Below, in pieces: positions 27,469 through 37,959 of a stretch of 64,000 nucleotides of DNA. The notes below the pieces were generated by a model. It was not told the DNA's origin. It did no database searches and worked only from the letters and a program-made list of their open reading frames with translations. The stretch covers positions 2,903-66,902 of the forward strand of contig CAZIXS010000001.1 in assembly GCA_964543335.1 (NCBI GenBank), in the 5' to 3' direction. Every line of letters starts with the position of its first letter. The stretch's first letter is position 1. The position numbers and the translations under genes were made by a program. This DNA is from an uncultured Phycisphaeraceae bacterium (GTDB taxonomy: Bacteria; Planctomycetota; Phycisphaerae; Phycisphaerales; UBA1924).

Positions 27469-29010
27469 ATGATCCCGACCAACACCGAAGGCACCGGCCC
27501 ATGGCGTCCGCCTCTGACCAAGATCCTCGCGACGGTCGGTCCGGCGATGGCGCATCCGGACATCATCGAGAAGATGATCCAGAACGGCGCGAGCCTGTTC
27601 CGGCTGAACTTTTCGCACGGCAGCTTTGAAGAGCACAAGATCCGTTTGGACATGATCCGCATGGTCGCGGATTCGCTGGACACGCCCGTGGCGGTGCTCG
27701 GCGATCTGTGCGGCCCCAAGATCCGCGTGGTCAAGACGCCCGATGCGGGGATCCGTCTGCGTCCGGGGCAGGATGTGGTGATCCAGCCGAACCTCGATGT
27801 CTGCGTGGACGGGGAAGTGCCGGTGCTCGGCGCGACCTACGCGAATGTCGCGACGGAAGTGGAGCCGGGTCACCGGGTGCTGATCAACGATGGTCAGATC
27901 CGGATGTTGTGCGTGGAGGTGGGGACGGGTGCGGATCGTCACGCGGTCTGCCGCGTGACGGTGGGCGGTTTGGTGACGACGGGCAAGGGCATCAACCTGC
28001 CGGATTCGGATTTGACGATCCCCGCGCTGACGGACCATGACTGGGCGTGCGTGGACTGGGCGGTGCATCAGGAGCTGGATTTCCTGGCGATGAGTTTCGT
28101 ACGCCACGGCGATGAAGTGAAGCGGCTGCGTGATGCGCTGGACCGGCTGTGCACTTTCGAGCGGTGCGGCACCGGGCTCTCGGGCGCGAACGCGATGCCG
28201 ACGATCCCGATCATCGCCAAGATCGAGACGCCCCAGGCGGTGGCGAACATCGACAGCATCATCGAGGTGGCCGACGGCATCATGGTGGCCCGTGGTGATC
28301 TGGGCGTCGAGATGGAAATCGCGACGGTTCCCGTGACGCAGAAGCGTCTGGTGCGCAAGGCCCACGAGTGGGGCAAGCCGTGCATCGTGGCGACGCAGAT
28401 GCTCGAGTCGATGATCAACTCGGCTTCGGCGACGCGTGCCGAGGTGTCGGATGTGGCCAATGCGGTTCTGGATGGTGCGGACGCGGTGATGCTCTCGGCC
28501 GAGACAGCGGTGGGTCGGTATCCGCACCTGGCGGTCGAGACGATGCGCCGGATTGCGGTGGTCACCGAGCAGTCGCTGCGCGAGGAGAAGATCCTGCCGA
28601 ACCCGCCCAAGCGGGCTCAGGAACTGAGGCAGATGATCCCCGCGCTCGCCCATGGGGCGTGGCACATGGCCAACGACATCGGCGCGGAGCTGATCGTGGT
28701 GTGGAGCCAGCGTGGTGGCGGGGCGCGGTACCTGTCGCGCAACAACTTCCGCGTGCCGATTGTGGCGTTCAGCAGCGATGCGAAGGCCGTGCGCCGGATG
28801 ACGATGCTGTACGGCGTGTACCCGCTGCTGGTGAATCGAGTACCCGAGCACCGATCGGACTTCGCGAAGCTCGTCGATGAGATCGTTCTGCAGCGTGGTC
28901 TGGTGCAGCGCGGGCAGCCGATCGTCCTGCTGGGTGGCAAGCCGCTGGATGTGCCGGGTTCGCTGAACACGGTGGCGGTGCGTTACGCGGGCGATTTTCT
29001 GACTTCGTAA
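27469..29010 (+). CDS. pyk: Pyruvate kinase
   Basis: TKILATVGPA, FRLNFSHG, MVARGDLGVE, ATQMLESM. An alternative GTG start is at 27424. Confidence 0.93.
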   Translation: MIPTNTEGTGPWRPPLTKILATVGPAMAHPDIIEKMIQNGASLFRLNFSHGSFEEHKIRLDMIRMVADSLDTPVAVLGDLCGPKIRVVKTPDAGIRLRPGQDVVIQPNLDVCVDGEVPVLGATYANVATEVEPGHRVLINDGQIRMLCVEVGTGADRHAVCRVTVGGLVTTGKGINLPDSDLTIPALTDHDWACVDWAVHQELDFLAMSFVRHGDEVKRLRDALDRLCTFERCGTGLSGANAMPTIPIIAKIETPQAVANIDSIIEVADGIMVARGDLGVEMEIATVPVTQKRLVRKAHEWGKPCIVATQMLESMINSASATRAEVSDVANAVLDGADAVMLSAETAVGRYPHLAVETMRRIAVVTEQSLREEKILPNPPKRAQELRQMIPALAHGAWHMANDIGAELIVVWSQRGGGARYLSRNNFRVPIVAFSSDAKAVRRMTMLYGVYPLLVNRVPEHRSDFAKLVDEIVLQRGLVQRGQPIVLLGGKPLDVPGSLNTVAVRYAGDFLTS

Positions 29011-29042
29011 CCGTTTCCTGACCCGATTGTTCTGGCGTTTTC

Positions 29043-30584
29043 GTGAAGCGCTTGGCTATCCTGCGCGGCATGAAGCATCCAAGATCGATCGTGCGGCACC
29101 TCACCGTTCTCCTGTTGTTCGTAGGGGTCGCGCCTCTGGCGGGGTGTTGGATCCCTCTGGGCGAGTCTTGGGGGCGGGCGGGAAGCACACCCGATCCCCT
29201 CGAGCCGATCGTGTGGCCTGAACGCAACCTAGAGCCGATGGTCCGTCTCGCCGCGGCAACACCAGACGAAATCTTTGATCGCGAAGCGATCGAGTCCGAC
29301 GGATCGGGTGACCCTCGTGATTCGGCGGCGATCGAGTCTGAGTACCTCATCCGCGCGGTTCGTCTGACCGAGCACGGCCTGCTCCGCGTGTTCGACGAGC
29401 GATTCGAGAGCGAGGAAGAAGAGAGTTTCGCCGGAATCATTGAGGGATTCGCCGCGAATGCGCGATTCCTGTCCTCGCAGACCAATCCGGCGGATGATGA
29501 GGTGCAGGAATGGATCGATTCGATGTCGCGATACCCGCCGGGCCAAGGACTCCGGTGGACCTTCGATGACCACACGCTGCGCATGGGGCGCGGGATCGAC
29601 ATGTACATCCCGGATCCTGATCAGAAACCGAGTGTCCGGGGCATCGTCCTGCATTATCGGGGGCTGGTGTCCACGAGTTACGAAGAAGCGTTTGTCGATC
29701 AGATCGTGGATTCGGAGTGGCTGGTGGTGCGCATCGGGACTTTCTCGAGGATCGCGACCGACCGCGATGAGCGCTTCGAGCAGCGGAATGATGAGCAGTC
29801 GACGCGGCGAGGCGAGCTGATCGCCGAGTTCCGGGCGGCTCAGGATCCCGATGGTCCACCACGGATCGCACCGATCGGGGAGATCTTTCAGCAGGTTGAA
29901 GCGGAACTGCCCGATGTGCCGCGCGGCTTTGATGTGACGGGTGATGGTGGTCTGCAAGACATCGGCCGGATCATTGCGAACAGGGTGGATGACACTCTGG
30001 CTGAGAATGCCTACGCAGCGGAGGCGGCGATCGAGTACCTCGATGAGGCATACCCGAGCCTTCGCGGTCTGCCGATCGCCATCGTGGGCTGCAGCGCGGG
30101 TGCGATCTCTTCGCCTGCTGTTGCCGCACGCCTTGCTGATCGGTTTGGTGATCGTCTCAGCGCGATCGTGATGGTCGGAGGCGGTGCGGACATCATGCGG
30201 ATCGATCGGGGCACGGCGCTGACCGGCACCCGACGGCTGAACATTTTCCAGGAAGACGGCACGCCGATATCCAGCGTGCAGTGGCGTGAGGTCAATCAAG
30301 CGTATCGGGACGCGGTCCAACTCGACCCGGTCAAAGTTGGCCCCCGCCTCCGTCATGTCCCGACGCTGATCATCCGTGCGGGGTTCGACAAATGGGTGCC
30401 CGCCTCGACGGGCTCAGAAATGGTCCGTGCGTTCGGCAAGCCCGATCGGGACTGGCACCCCGGCGGCCACCAGACGCTGTTCTACTTCCTGGAGGGGCGG
30501 GCACCCCGGGTGCTGCGTTGGCTGGATAAGAACACGCCCGAGCCGGAGCGGGTGAGCGAGGACGCGGCTACTGTTGCCCCATGA
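29043..30584 (+). CDS. Lipoprotein with alpha/beta-hydrolase-like C-terminal domain
   Basis: Lipobox LLFVGVAPLAG|C and a GCSAGA nucleophile-elbow-like motif. An alternative ATG start is at 29070. Confidence 0.55.
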   Translation: MKRLAILRGMKHPRSIVRHLTVLLLFVGVAPLAGCWIPLGESWGRAGSTPDPLEPIVWPERNLEPMVRLAAATPDEIFDREAIESDGSGDPRDSAAIESEYLIRAVRLTEHGLLRVFDERFESEEEESFAGIIEGFAANARFLSSQTNPADDEVQEWIDSMSRYPPGQGLRWTFDDHTLRMGRGIDMYIPDPDQKPSVRGIVLHYRGLVSTSYEEAFVDQIVDSEWLVVRIGTFSRIATDRDERFEQRNDEQSTRRGELIAEFRAAQDPDGPPRIAPIGEIFQQVEAELPDVPRGFDVTGDGGLQDIGRIIANRVDDTLAENAYAAEAAIEYLDEAYPSLRGLPIAIVGCSAGAISSPAVAARLADRFGDRLSAIVMVGGGADIMRIDRGTALTGTRRLNIFQEDGTPISSVQWREVNQAYRDAVQLDPVKVGPRLRHVPTLIIRAGFDKWVPASTGSEMVRAFGKPDRDWHPGGHQTLFYFLEGRAPRVLRWLDKNTPEPERVSEDAATVAP

Positions 30585-31939
30585 GCGAAACTCCGACGGG
30601 TGTGCAGCGGACCGCGGCGATTCTGGCCATTGGCGATGAACTGGCCATCGGGCAGTCGCTGGATACGAACTCGAAATGGCTGTCGTCGCGTCTGACCGAT
30701 CTGGGGATCCGCGTCGTTGAGCATGTGACCGTGCCGGATGAGCCGCCGGCGCTGCGCGCGGTGTTCGAACGGCTGACGGCGAGCGTGGATCTGGTCTTGG
30801 CGACCGGCGGTCTGGGGCCGACCGCCGACGACCTGACGCGCGATGTGCTGTGCGACTGCATGGGCGATGAACTGGTGCGCGACGAGCGCCAGCACGAGCG
30901 GCTGGTTGAACTGTTCCGTCGCCGCGGGCGTCCGCTGGAGAATGGCAACGACCGGCAGGCGCTTCGGCCATCAACCTCGCTTTGCATGGACAACGATCAG
31001 GGGACGGCACCCGGGATCGCGGCGGCGTTGAACGGCGTGGACCTGTACCTGCTGCCGGGCCCGCCTCATGAGAATCAGCCGATGTTCGAGCGGTTCGTGG
31101 TGCCGCGCCTTCGGACCGATCCGAAGCGGGCGATTCGCACGCGCCTCATCCGGCACTACGGCATCCCGGAATCGAACGCGGCGGTCGCGCTCGGCGATCT
31201 GCTGGATCGCGATCGGCTCGAGCGAGGTCTGCCGCTGGTGGGGATCACGGCTTCGGACGGGGTGATCACGACGCGGATCCGGCATGAGGGTGACCCTGCG
31301 GAGGCGCCGCGCCTGCTGGAGGAAGCCGACCGGCTCATCGGCGAGCGCATCGGCAAGTTCCGCATTTCGCCGGAGCCGGGCGAGGCGCCCAGTGATTCGG
31401 ATCTGGTCGAACTGACGGTGGGTGCTCTCAAGCGGGCCGGGCACGGGCTGCTGACCGCGGAGTCGTGCACCGGTGGCATGATCGGTGAGGCGGTGACGAG
31501 CGTGTCGGGGTCGTCGTCGGTGTACCACGGCGGCTGGGTGACCTATTCGAACGAGCACAAGGTGGCTCACTTGGGTGTGTCGGAAGCGCTTCTGAAGCAG
31601 CACGGCGCGGTGAGCGAGCCGGTGGCGCGGGCGATGGCCGAGGGCGCGATCGAGCGGTCGCCGCGGGTGTTCGGGCCGGATGGCGCGAGACTCCGTCACG
31701 CGCTGGCGGTGACGGGCATCGCCGGGCCGGACGGCGGATCGCCTGACAAGCCGGTCGGCACGGTGTGGATCGCGCGGGCGAGTGAGGGCATCGGCGGTCT
31801 CAAGACCGAGGCCCGGCGCTTTGTCTTCCCAGGCGACCGGGACACGGTCAGGCGGCGCACGGTCAGCACCGCGCTCGCGATGCTGCTGCTGCACCTGCGG
31901 GGCAAGAGACTCGAGAAGTTGCTGTGGCAGGTGAAGTGA
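30581..31939 (+). CDS. cinA: CinA family protein (MoCF-like domain + PncC nicotinamide-nucleotide amidase domain)
   Basis: AILAIGDELAIGQSLDTNSKWL, TGGLGPTADDLT, and C-terminal LLTAESCTGGMIG. ATGA overlap with the previous gene. Confidence 0.88.
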   Translation: MSETPTGVQRTAAILAIGDELAIGQSLDTNSKWLSSRLTDLGIRVVEHVTVPDEPPALRAVFERLTASVDLVLATGGLGPTADDLTRDVLCDCMGDELVRDERQHERLVELFRRRGRPLENGNDRQALRPSTSLCMDNDQGTAPGIAAALNGVDLYLLPGPPHENQPMFERFVVPRLRTDPKRAIRTRLIRHYGIPESNAAVALGDLLDRDRLERGLPLVGITASDGVITTRIRHEGDPAEAPRLLEEADRLIGERIGKFRISPEPGEAPSDSDLVELTVGALKRAGHGLLTAESCTGGMIGEAVTSVSGSSSVYHGGWVTYSNEHKVAHLGVSEALLKQHGAVSEPVARAMAEGAIERSPRVFGPDGARLRHALAVTGIAGPDGGSPDKPVGTVWIARASEGIGGLKTEARRFVFPGDRDTVRRRTVSTALAMLLLHLRGKRLEKLLWQVK

Positions 31940-31948
31940 TCGACCGGA

Positions 31949-33385
31949 TCAGATCGTTCGCTTCTCGCCGGGCTTGATGGTTGTGACCGTGGCGGTGTCG
32001 AGTTCCTCGGCTCGCGTTGCAGTGCGCGGGCTGATCTCGAGCACGCAGTCGGGCGAGCCGTCGGGCTTGCGCGGGATGGCGATGCCGCGGGCTTCCAGCC
32101 ACGCCGCGGCTCGCTCGGTCTGGAGTTGGGCCGAGGAAGCGGGGGAGTCGCTGCCCTCGGCGTTCTTGATTGGTGCAAACTCGTCGGTCCGCTCGACTTC
32201 GTACACGATGGACTGCTCGCACAACGGGATGGCGTCGAAGACGAACATCTCGAGCTTGATGCCGTTCGGTTCGCTCGGGTCGAGCGGGCGGCCGGTTTCG
32301 AGGTCGATGCAGGGGACCTTCTTCTCAGCTCGGTGGTAGGGCAGCGCGAGGTCGCCGGAGGTGATGCGCTCGACGAAGGCGCGGCTGAGCATGTGCAGCG
32401 CGATATTGCCGGCGCGGAGCGTCAGCGTGCCGTCGGGGTTGCGCTGGGCGGCGGTCGCTTCGGGCAAATCTGAATACTCGATGACGCCGGGCTTGCCGTC
32501 GATGCAGCAGACCACGCCGACTTTCTCACCCGGCTCGGTCTTGGCGACGACCTTGGTGGACATCTCGCCGGACGAATCGGGGGCGGTGGCGTGGAGGCCG
32601 ATGAAGACCGGGTCGACGACGCGTGCGAGGGGGTTGTCGATCTGCACATAGCTGATGTGCTCGATGCCGCGTCGGTTCATGTCGGCGAGCGCGCCAGACT
32701 GCGCGAGGGCGCGGAGCGAGCCGCCGTGCCCGTCGGGGTTGGTGGCGAGTTCGTGCTTCTGCGCGAGCAGGATCCGCCCAGTGGTCATGTCGAAGGATGG
32801 CAGCACGCCTTGGGGGAAGAACGAGATGTTGCTTGGGTCGAGGGCGAAGTGGTTGTGCTGTTTGAAAAACGCGACGGTGGCCTCGTGGTTGAGCGGGCTG
32901 GTCATGATGTACCAGGGCACGGGGGCGCCGTAGCGGTCCTGCGCGGCGTGGATCCAGTCGGCGAGGCAGGCGAAGAGCGGTTTGCCGGTGACCGATCCGC
33001 CGGGGTAGCAGCCCTTGGGGCCGTCGTAGCCGAGGCGCGAGCCCTGTCCACCGGCGACGGTGAACGCGGCAACCTTGCCGGCGCGGAGCAGGTCTTCGCC
33101 GGCGGCGCGGTACTTGTCGATGTCCCATGAGCCGTCGCGCATGTACCCGGGGGGCGGGGTGATGGCGGCGGTGCCGGGGTCGAAGGAGGGTTTGTTTTCG
33201 ACATAGTCGCGCACGAGCGCGGGCACCGCATCGAGGTCGAGCGACTCGATCTGCGTCAGCAGCGCGTCGAGGTGTTGGGGAGTGAGTTCCTCCGCGAAGC
33301 GGAGCAGGTGCGCCTGGCGGATCGCGGCGAGGCGGTCTCGGACGGATTCGATTCGGCTTTGCATGGCCGAGATGGTGCCGGACAT
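31949..33385 (-). CDS. UDPGP-family UTP--sugar-1-phosphate uridylyltransferase (UAP1-like)
   Basis: VAGGQGSRLGYDGPKG signature. The start is set at ATG 33385 (GGAGAG upstream) to avoid overlap with phoU. Confidence 0.8.
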   Translation of the reverse strand: MSGTISAMQSRIESVRDRLAAIRQAHLLRFAEELTPQHLDALLTQIESLDLDAVPALVRDYVENKPSFDPGTAAITPPPGYMRDGSWDIDKYRAAGEDLLRAGKVAAFTVAGGQGSRLGYDGPKGCYPGGSVTGKPLFACLADWIHAAQDRYGAPVPWYIMTSPLNHEATVAFFKQHNHFALDPSNISFFPQGVLPSFDMTTGRILLAQKHELATNPDGHGGSLRALAQSGALADMNRRGIEHISYVQIDNPLARVVDPVFIGLHATAPDSSGEMSTKVVAKTEPGEKVGVVCCIDGKPGVIEYSDLPEATAAQRNPDGTLTLRAGNIALHMLSRAFVERITSGDLALPYHRAEKKVPCIDLETGRPLDPSEPNGIKLEMFVFDAIPLCEQSIVYEVERTDEFAPIKNAEGSDSPASSAQLQTERAAAWLEARGIAIPRKPDGSPDCVLEISPRTATRAEELDTATVTTIKPGEKRTI

Positions 33386-33413
33386 CGGGGCTCTCCTCTG
33401 CACTCGCTGGTGC

Positions 33414-34199
33414 TCAGTCTGGATCGACATCGGGTTCGGAGGGTTCGGTCCACTGCTCTTCGGTGTGGCGGACGATCTTGCCCGTCTCCACATAGATGAC
33501 CTGCTCGGCGATGTTGGTGCAGTGGTCGGCCATGCGCGCGATCGCCGCGGCGACCCGGTTGAGAGTGAAGGCATATTCCGCCGAGCGGTTGCCGTCGGCG
33601 AGTTCTTCTTCGTTCTCGCGCAGGATGGCGGCGCGGAAGGCCTCGGTGGCGTCGTCGGAAGCGAGCACGAGGCGGGCGGCGTCGGTGTCCATGTTCTCGA
33701 GCGACATGACCGAGTGTTCGATCATGCCGATGACGCTGTTGGCCATGACGCGGAAGCGTCTGGGCGGGTCGCCGGGCAGCTTGAGCCAGGTTCCCATGCG
33801 GGTGACCATGGCGACGGCGAGATCTGCGACGCGTTCGAACTCGTTGTTGACCTTCACGATCGTCAGGATCATGCGGATCTGGTAGGGCGAGAGGGGTGGT
33901 GTGCCGCCTGATCCGCCCGCGCTGCACAGCTCCATGGAGTCGGTGAGCAGGGCGACGGCGGCCCGCTCGATGCGGATGTCCACGCGATCGATGACCTCGT
34001 CCTCGTTGACGACCTTCTCGGCGAGCGAGGGGTCTTTCTCGAAGATGGACTGGACCGCCGCCTCGACAATGCGCTGCACATGCCGGCCCTGCTCGACAAG
34101 GTCGGTCTTGAGTGCTGTCAGGCGATCGCCCAGCGGTCCCTGGCGCAGTTCTGGCACGCGGTTTCCTCCGGTTCGGGTAGGGCCTGTCACTGTACTCAA
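33414..34199 (-). CDS. phoU: PhoU-family phosphate signalling regulator
   Basis: Two PhoU repeats (..EDEVIDRVDIRIE.., ..ENMDTDAARLVLASDD..); no pst genes are adjacent. Confidence 0.75.
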   Translation of the reverse strand: MSTVTGPTRTGGNRVPELRQGPLGDRLTALKTDLVEQGRHVQRIVEAAVQSIFEKDPSLAEKVVNEDEVIDRVDIRIERAAVALLTDSMELCSAGGSGGTPPLSPYQIRMILTIVKVNNEFERVADLAVAMVTRMGTWLKLPGDPPRRFRVMANSVIGMIEHSVMSLENMDTDAARLVLASDDATEAFRAAILRENEEELADGNRSAEYAFTLNRVAAAIARMADHCTNIAEQVIYVETGKIVRHTEEQWTEPSEPDVDPD

Positions 34200-34267
34200 A
34201 GCGGCGGGTTCGTGGGCTCTGCGAGGGACAGTTGCCGGCCACGCTCGCTATCATCAGCCCCGCGTAG

Positions 34268-35617
<1,350 letters not shown>

Positions 35618-35667
35618 TTTGGAGGCCGTCGTCCGATAACTCGAAGTGCGCAAATTTCGAGTCTATG

Positions 35668-35695
35668 CCGAAAAAGCAGCATCCGGCTTTTTCGG
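35668..35695 (+). terminator. Hairpin after eno (A/T-tract stem)
   Basis: CCGAAAAAGC-agcatccg-GCTTTTTCGG. Confidence 0.5.
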
Positions 35696-35733
35696 GGTGC
35701 GTATTGGGAGGTAGAGTTGAGAGTGGAGAGAGG

Positions 35734-35783
35734 CGCCGAGGCGGGATAATCTCAAGATTTCCGCAACAACTCGGCGTTTTTTT
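35734..35783 (+). terminator. Strong intrinsic terminator ~115 nt downstream of eno
   Basis: CGCCGAG..(inner GCGG/CCGC)..CTCGGCG followed by TTTTTTT (35777-35783). Confidence 0.65.
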
Positions 35784-35876
35784 CGTTTAACACAATGTTC
35801 AACGCATCACTTGAGTCTTGGGCTGCGAACATTCTGCATTGATATCCCCGGGGATTCTGCCCGGGAGCGTTTATTC

Positions 35877-35893
35877 CTCCTGTCAGACAGGAG
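35877..35893. promoter_or_regulatory. 17-bp perfect palindrome upstream of the LuxR-family gene (candidate operator)
   Basis: CTCCTGTC-A-GACAGGAG, 46 nt upstream of ATG 35939. A second palindrome, ATCCCCGGGGAT, is at 35844-35855. Confidence 0.35.
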
Positions 35894-35938
35894 AAAGACT
35901 CATACTCGTGGTCGGGGGGCCGGAAAGGGTTCATTCTC

Positions 35939-36784
35939 ATGGAAGATCAGCTTTTCAACGATGCCGTGTTTCGCCTGGGGCAGCTCGGGGCGGATCGTGC
36001 GCTGACGAACCACAAGCTGTTGCGTCGCGTGAGCCGCATTCTGGCCCGGTACACGGGTGTCGAGGTGGCGGGTGTGGCGGTGCACAACGATGGGATGAAG
36101 CACCCGGCGACGCAGACTTATGTGGTCGGACCGTGGTCCGATGAGCAGTCCTCGCAGTTCCTCGACTGGTCGTCTTGGACCGAGTCTGACTCGGACACCG
36201 CCACCAAGTTGAGCAGTTTCAAGCGGAACACGATTCACACGCTGGATGAGCTTTTTGCGGAAGACGGGTACCAGAAGTCCCGGCTGTATAACGAGTTCCA
36301 CCGTCCACTGAACATCATCGACCAGGCGTACGGCATCTTCCGTCGTCCGGACGGCTGCGAGCTGTTCATCGCGATCAATGCGCTGGAGGCGGACGGACCG
36401 CTCTCCGAAAAGGCGCTGACGCGCTTCACGAAGATTGCGCCGTTCATCGCCAAGGCGTGGGCGGCGGGCTGGCGCCGTGAGCCGGGTTGGGTGAAGGGTT
36501 TGAAGCCGCATTGCCGCGCAGTGCTCGAACTCGTACTCGAAGGCTTCGACGACGATCAGATCGCCGACAAGACGGGTCTGACCTACCACGCGGTTCGGGC
36601 TCACCTGAAGCGGCTGTTCCGGGCGGCGAATGTCCGCAGCCGTTTGCACCTGATGCAGGCTTATAAAGAGGAGCGAGCCGGTCGTCCGGACAACTCGCCT
36701 CGCGCCGATCAGCCCAACGATGTGGTGACAGTGGTGGACCCGATGGACACCGCATTCGGCCTGAACTTCTCAACCGCATCCTGA
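35939..36784 (+). CDS. LuxR-family transcriptional regulator (C-terminal HTH, uncharacterised N-terminal sensor domain)
   Basis: C-terminal LELVLEGFDDDQIADKTGLTYHAVRAHLKRLFRAANVRSR is a GerE/LuxR HTH. Confidence 0.8.
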   Translation: MEDQLFNDAVFRLGQLGADRALTNHKLLRRVSRILARYTGVEVAGVAVHNDGMKHPATQTYVVGPWSDEQSSQFLDWSSWTESDSDTATKLSSFKRNTIHTLDELFAEDGYQKSRLYNEFHRPLNIIDQAYGIFRRPDGCELFIAINALEADGPLSEKALTRFTKIAPFIAKAWAAGWRREPGWVKGLKPHCRAVLELVLEGFDDDQIADKTGLTYHAVRAHLKRLFRAANVRSRLHLMQAYKEERAGRPDNSPRADQPNDVVTVVDPMDTAFGLNFSTAS

Positions 36785-36812
36785 ACGCCGGCGAGAATCC
36801 TGAGTCATTTCC

Positions 36813-36845
36813 AACGCCCGGCCCGTCGAGGTCGGGCGTTTTTCA
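36813..36845 (+). terminator. Intrinsic terminator after the LuxR-family gene
   Basis: AACGCCCG..CGGGCGTT followed by TTT. Confidence 0.7.
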
Positions 36846-36857
36846 TAGGATCAGGGC

Positions 36858-37664
36858 ATGATGCGAGCTCACCTGCTGCAGATGGATCTGGCCTGGGAAG
36901 ACCGAACGGCGAACTTTCACAAGGTCCACGCGATGCTCGATTCCTGCGGGGTTGAGCGGGGGGATCTGGTGGTCTTGCCGGAGCTGTTCGATAGCGGGTT
37001 TTCGCTGCATGTGGACCAGACCGCGGATGACCCGCCGGTCGGTCGCGGGGAGACGCGAACCTTTCTGGAGACCCTCGCGCGGGAGCGCGGGGTGCTGGTG
37101 CATGGATCGTGGACCGGTCTGGCCGCTGGGGGAGAGCGCGGGCTGAACATGGCGGCTCTGTTCGGGACCGACGGGCGCGAGCACTACCGGTACGCCAAGA
37201 TCCATCCGTTTACCTTTGGACGAGAGGGCGAGCGGTTTGATGGCGGTTCTGAGGTGTGCTGTGTGGATCTGAAGGATGCGGGGTGCGCGGAGTCGCTGAA
37301 GGTCACTCCGGCGGTGTGTTACGACCTGCGATTCCCCGAGCTGTTTCGGGCCGGGCTCGCGTTGGGTGCGGAGGCGTTCATCCTTGGCGCGAACTGGCCC
37401 GAGGCGAGGCAGGAGCATTGGCGCACGCTGAACATTGCGCGGGCGATCGAGAATCAGGCCTGGGTGCTGTGCGTCAACCGGGTCGGGAGTGATCCGCATC
37501 TGCGCTACGCGGGTGGGAGCATGATCATCACCCCGAAGGGTGAGGTGATTGCCGAGGGTGATCGTGCTGAGTGCGTGGTTTCCGCGAGCATTTCTCGAAC
37601 GGAAACGGATGAGTGGCGGGAGACCTTCCCGGCGTGGAAGGATCGCTCGTCGCTGTTCCTATAA
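36858..37664 (+). CDS. Carbon-nitrogen hydrolase (nitrilase superfamily, omega-amidase-like)
   Basis: The catalytic triad context is visible (VVLPELF.., ..KIH.., AVCYDLRFPELF). Confidence 0.85.
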   Translation: MMRAHLLQMDLAWEDRTANFHKVHAMLDSCGVERGDLVVLPELFDSGFSLHVDQTADDPPVGRGETRTFLETLARERGVLVHGSWTGLAAGGERGLNMAALFGTDGREHYRYAKIHPFTFGREGERFDGGSEVCCVDLKDAGCAESLKVTPAVCYDLRFPELFRAGLALGAEAFILGANWPEARQEHWRTLNIARAIENQAWVLCVNRVGSDPHLRYAGGSMIITPKGEVIAEGDRAECVVSASISRTETDEWRETFPAWKDRSSLFL

Positions 37665-37784
37665 GAAGCGGGCTCGAACGGGTTGATGACGCTTCTCTGG
37701 GCGAGTGCTGAGGTTTCGAGAGCCAAGGCAAGTTTTGTTGTCTGCATGGATTGACCGTGCTTGGAGTCGTGCTATTCTCTCGAT

Positions 37785-37939
37785 TCCGGATCAGGGTCCC
37801 ATTGGCCCGGTTTCTACCTGAATGTCCTGATTGCTCGTGGGTGGGGGCGTTCTTGTCGCACGATGTCGACGAGGCCCATCAACGCGAGAACCTGTGCTCG
37901 CTCCGTCGCTGGGAGACTCGCGACGGAGCGATTGTTTTT
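37785..37939 (+). ncRNA. Candidate ~155-nt small RNA (promoter-to-terminator unit in a convergent gap)
   Basis: TTGACC (37751-37756), a 16-nt spacer, then TATTCT (37773-37778). Downstream is the hairpin CTCCGTCGC/GCGACGGAG (37901-37928) followed by CGATTGTTTTT. No convincing ORF; the boundaries are inferred only. Confidence 0.2.
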
Positions 37940-37959
37940 GGAATCAGCGCCGGTGATGG

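Noticed and set aside
35752-35940. 62-aa minus-strand ORF in the eno-luxR spacer
   Set aside because: It has no SD and no coding-type third-position bias. It spans the terminator T-tract and the palindromes, so it is more likely non-coding regulatory DNA.
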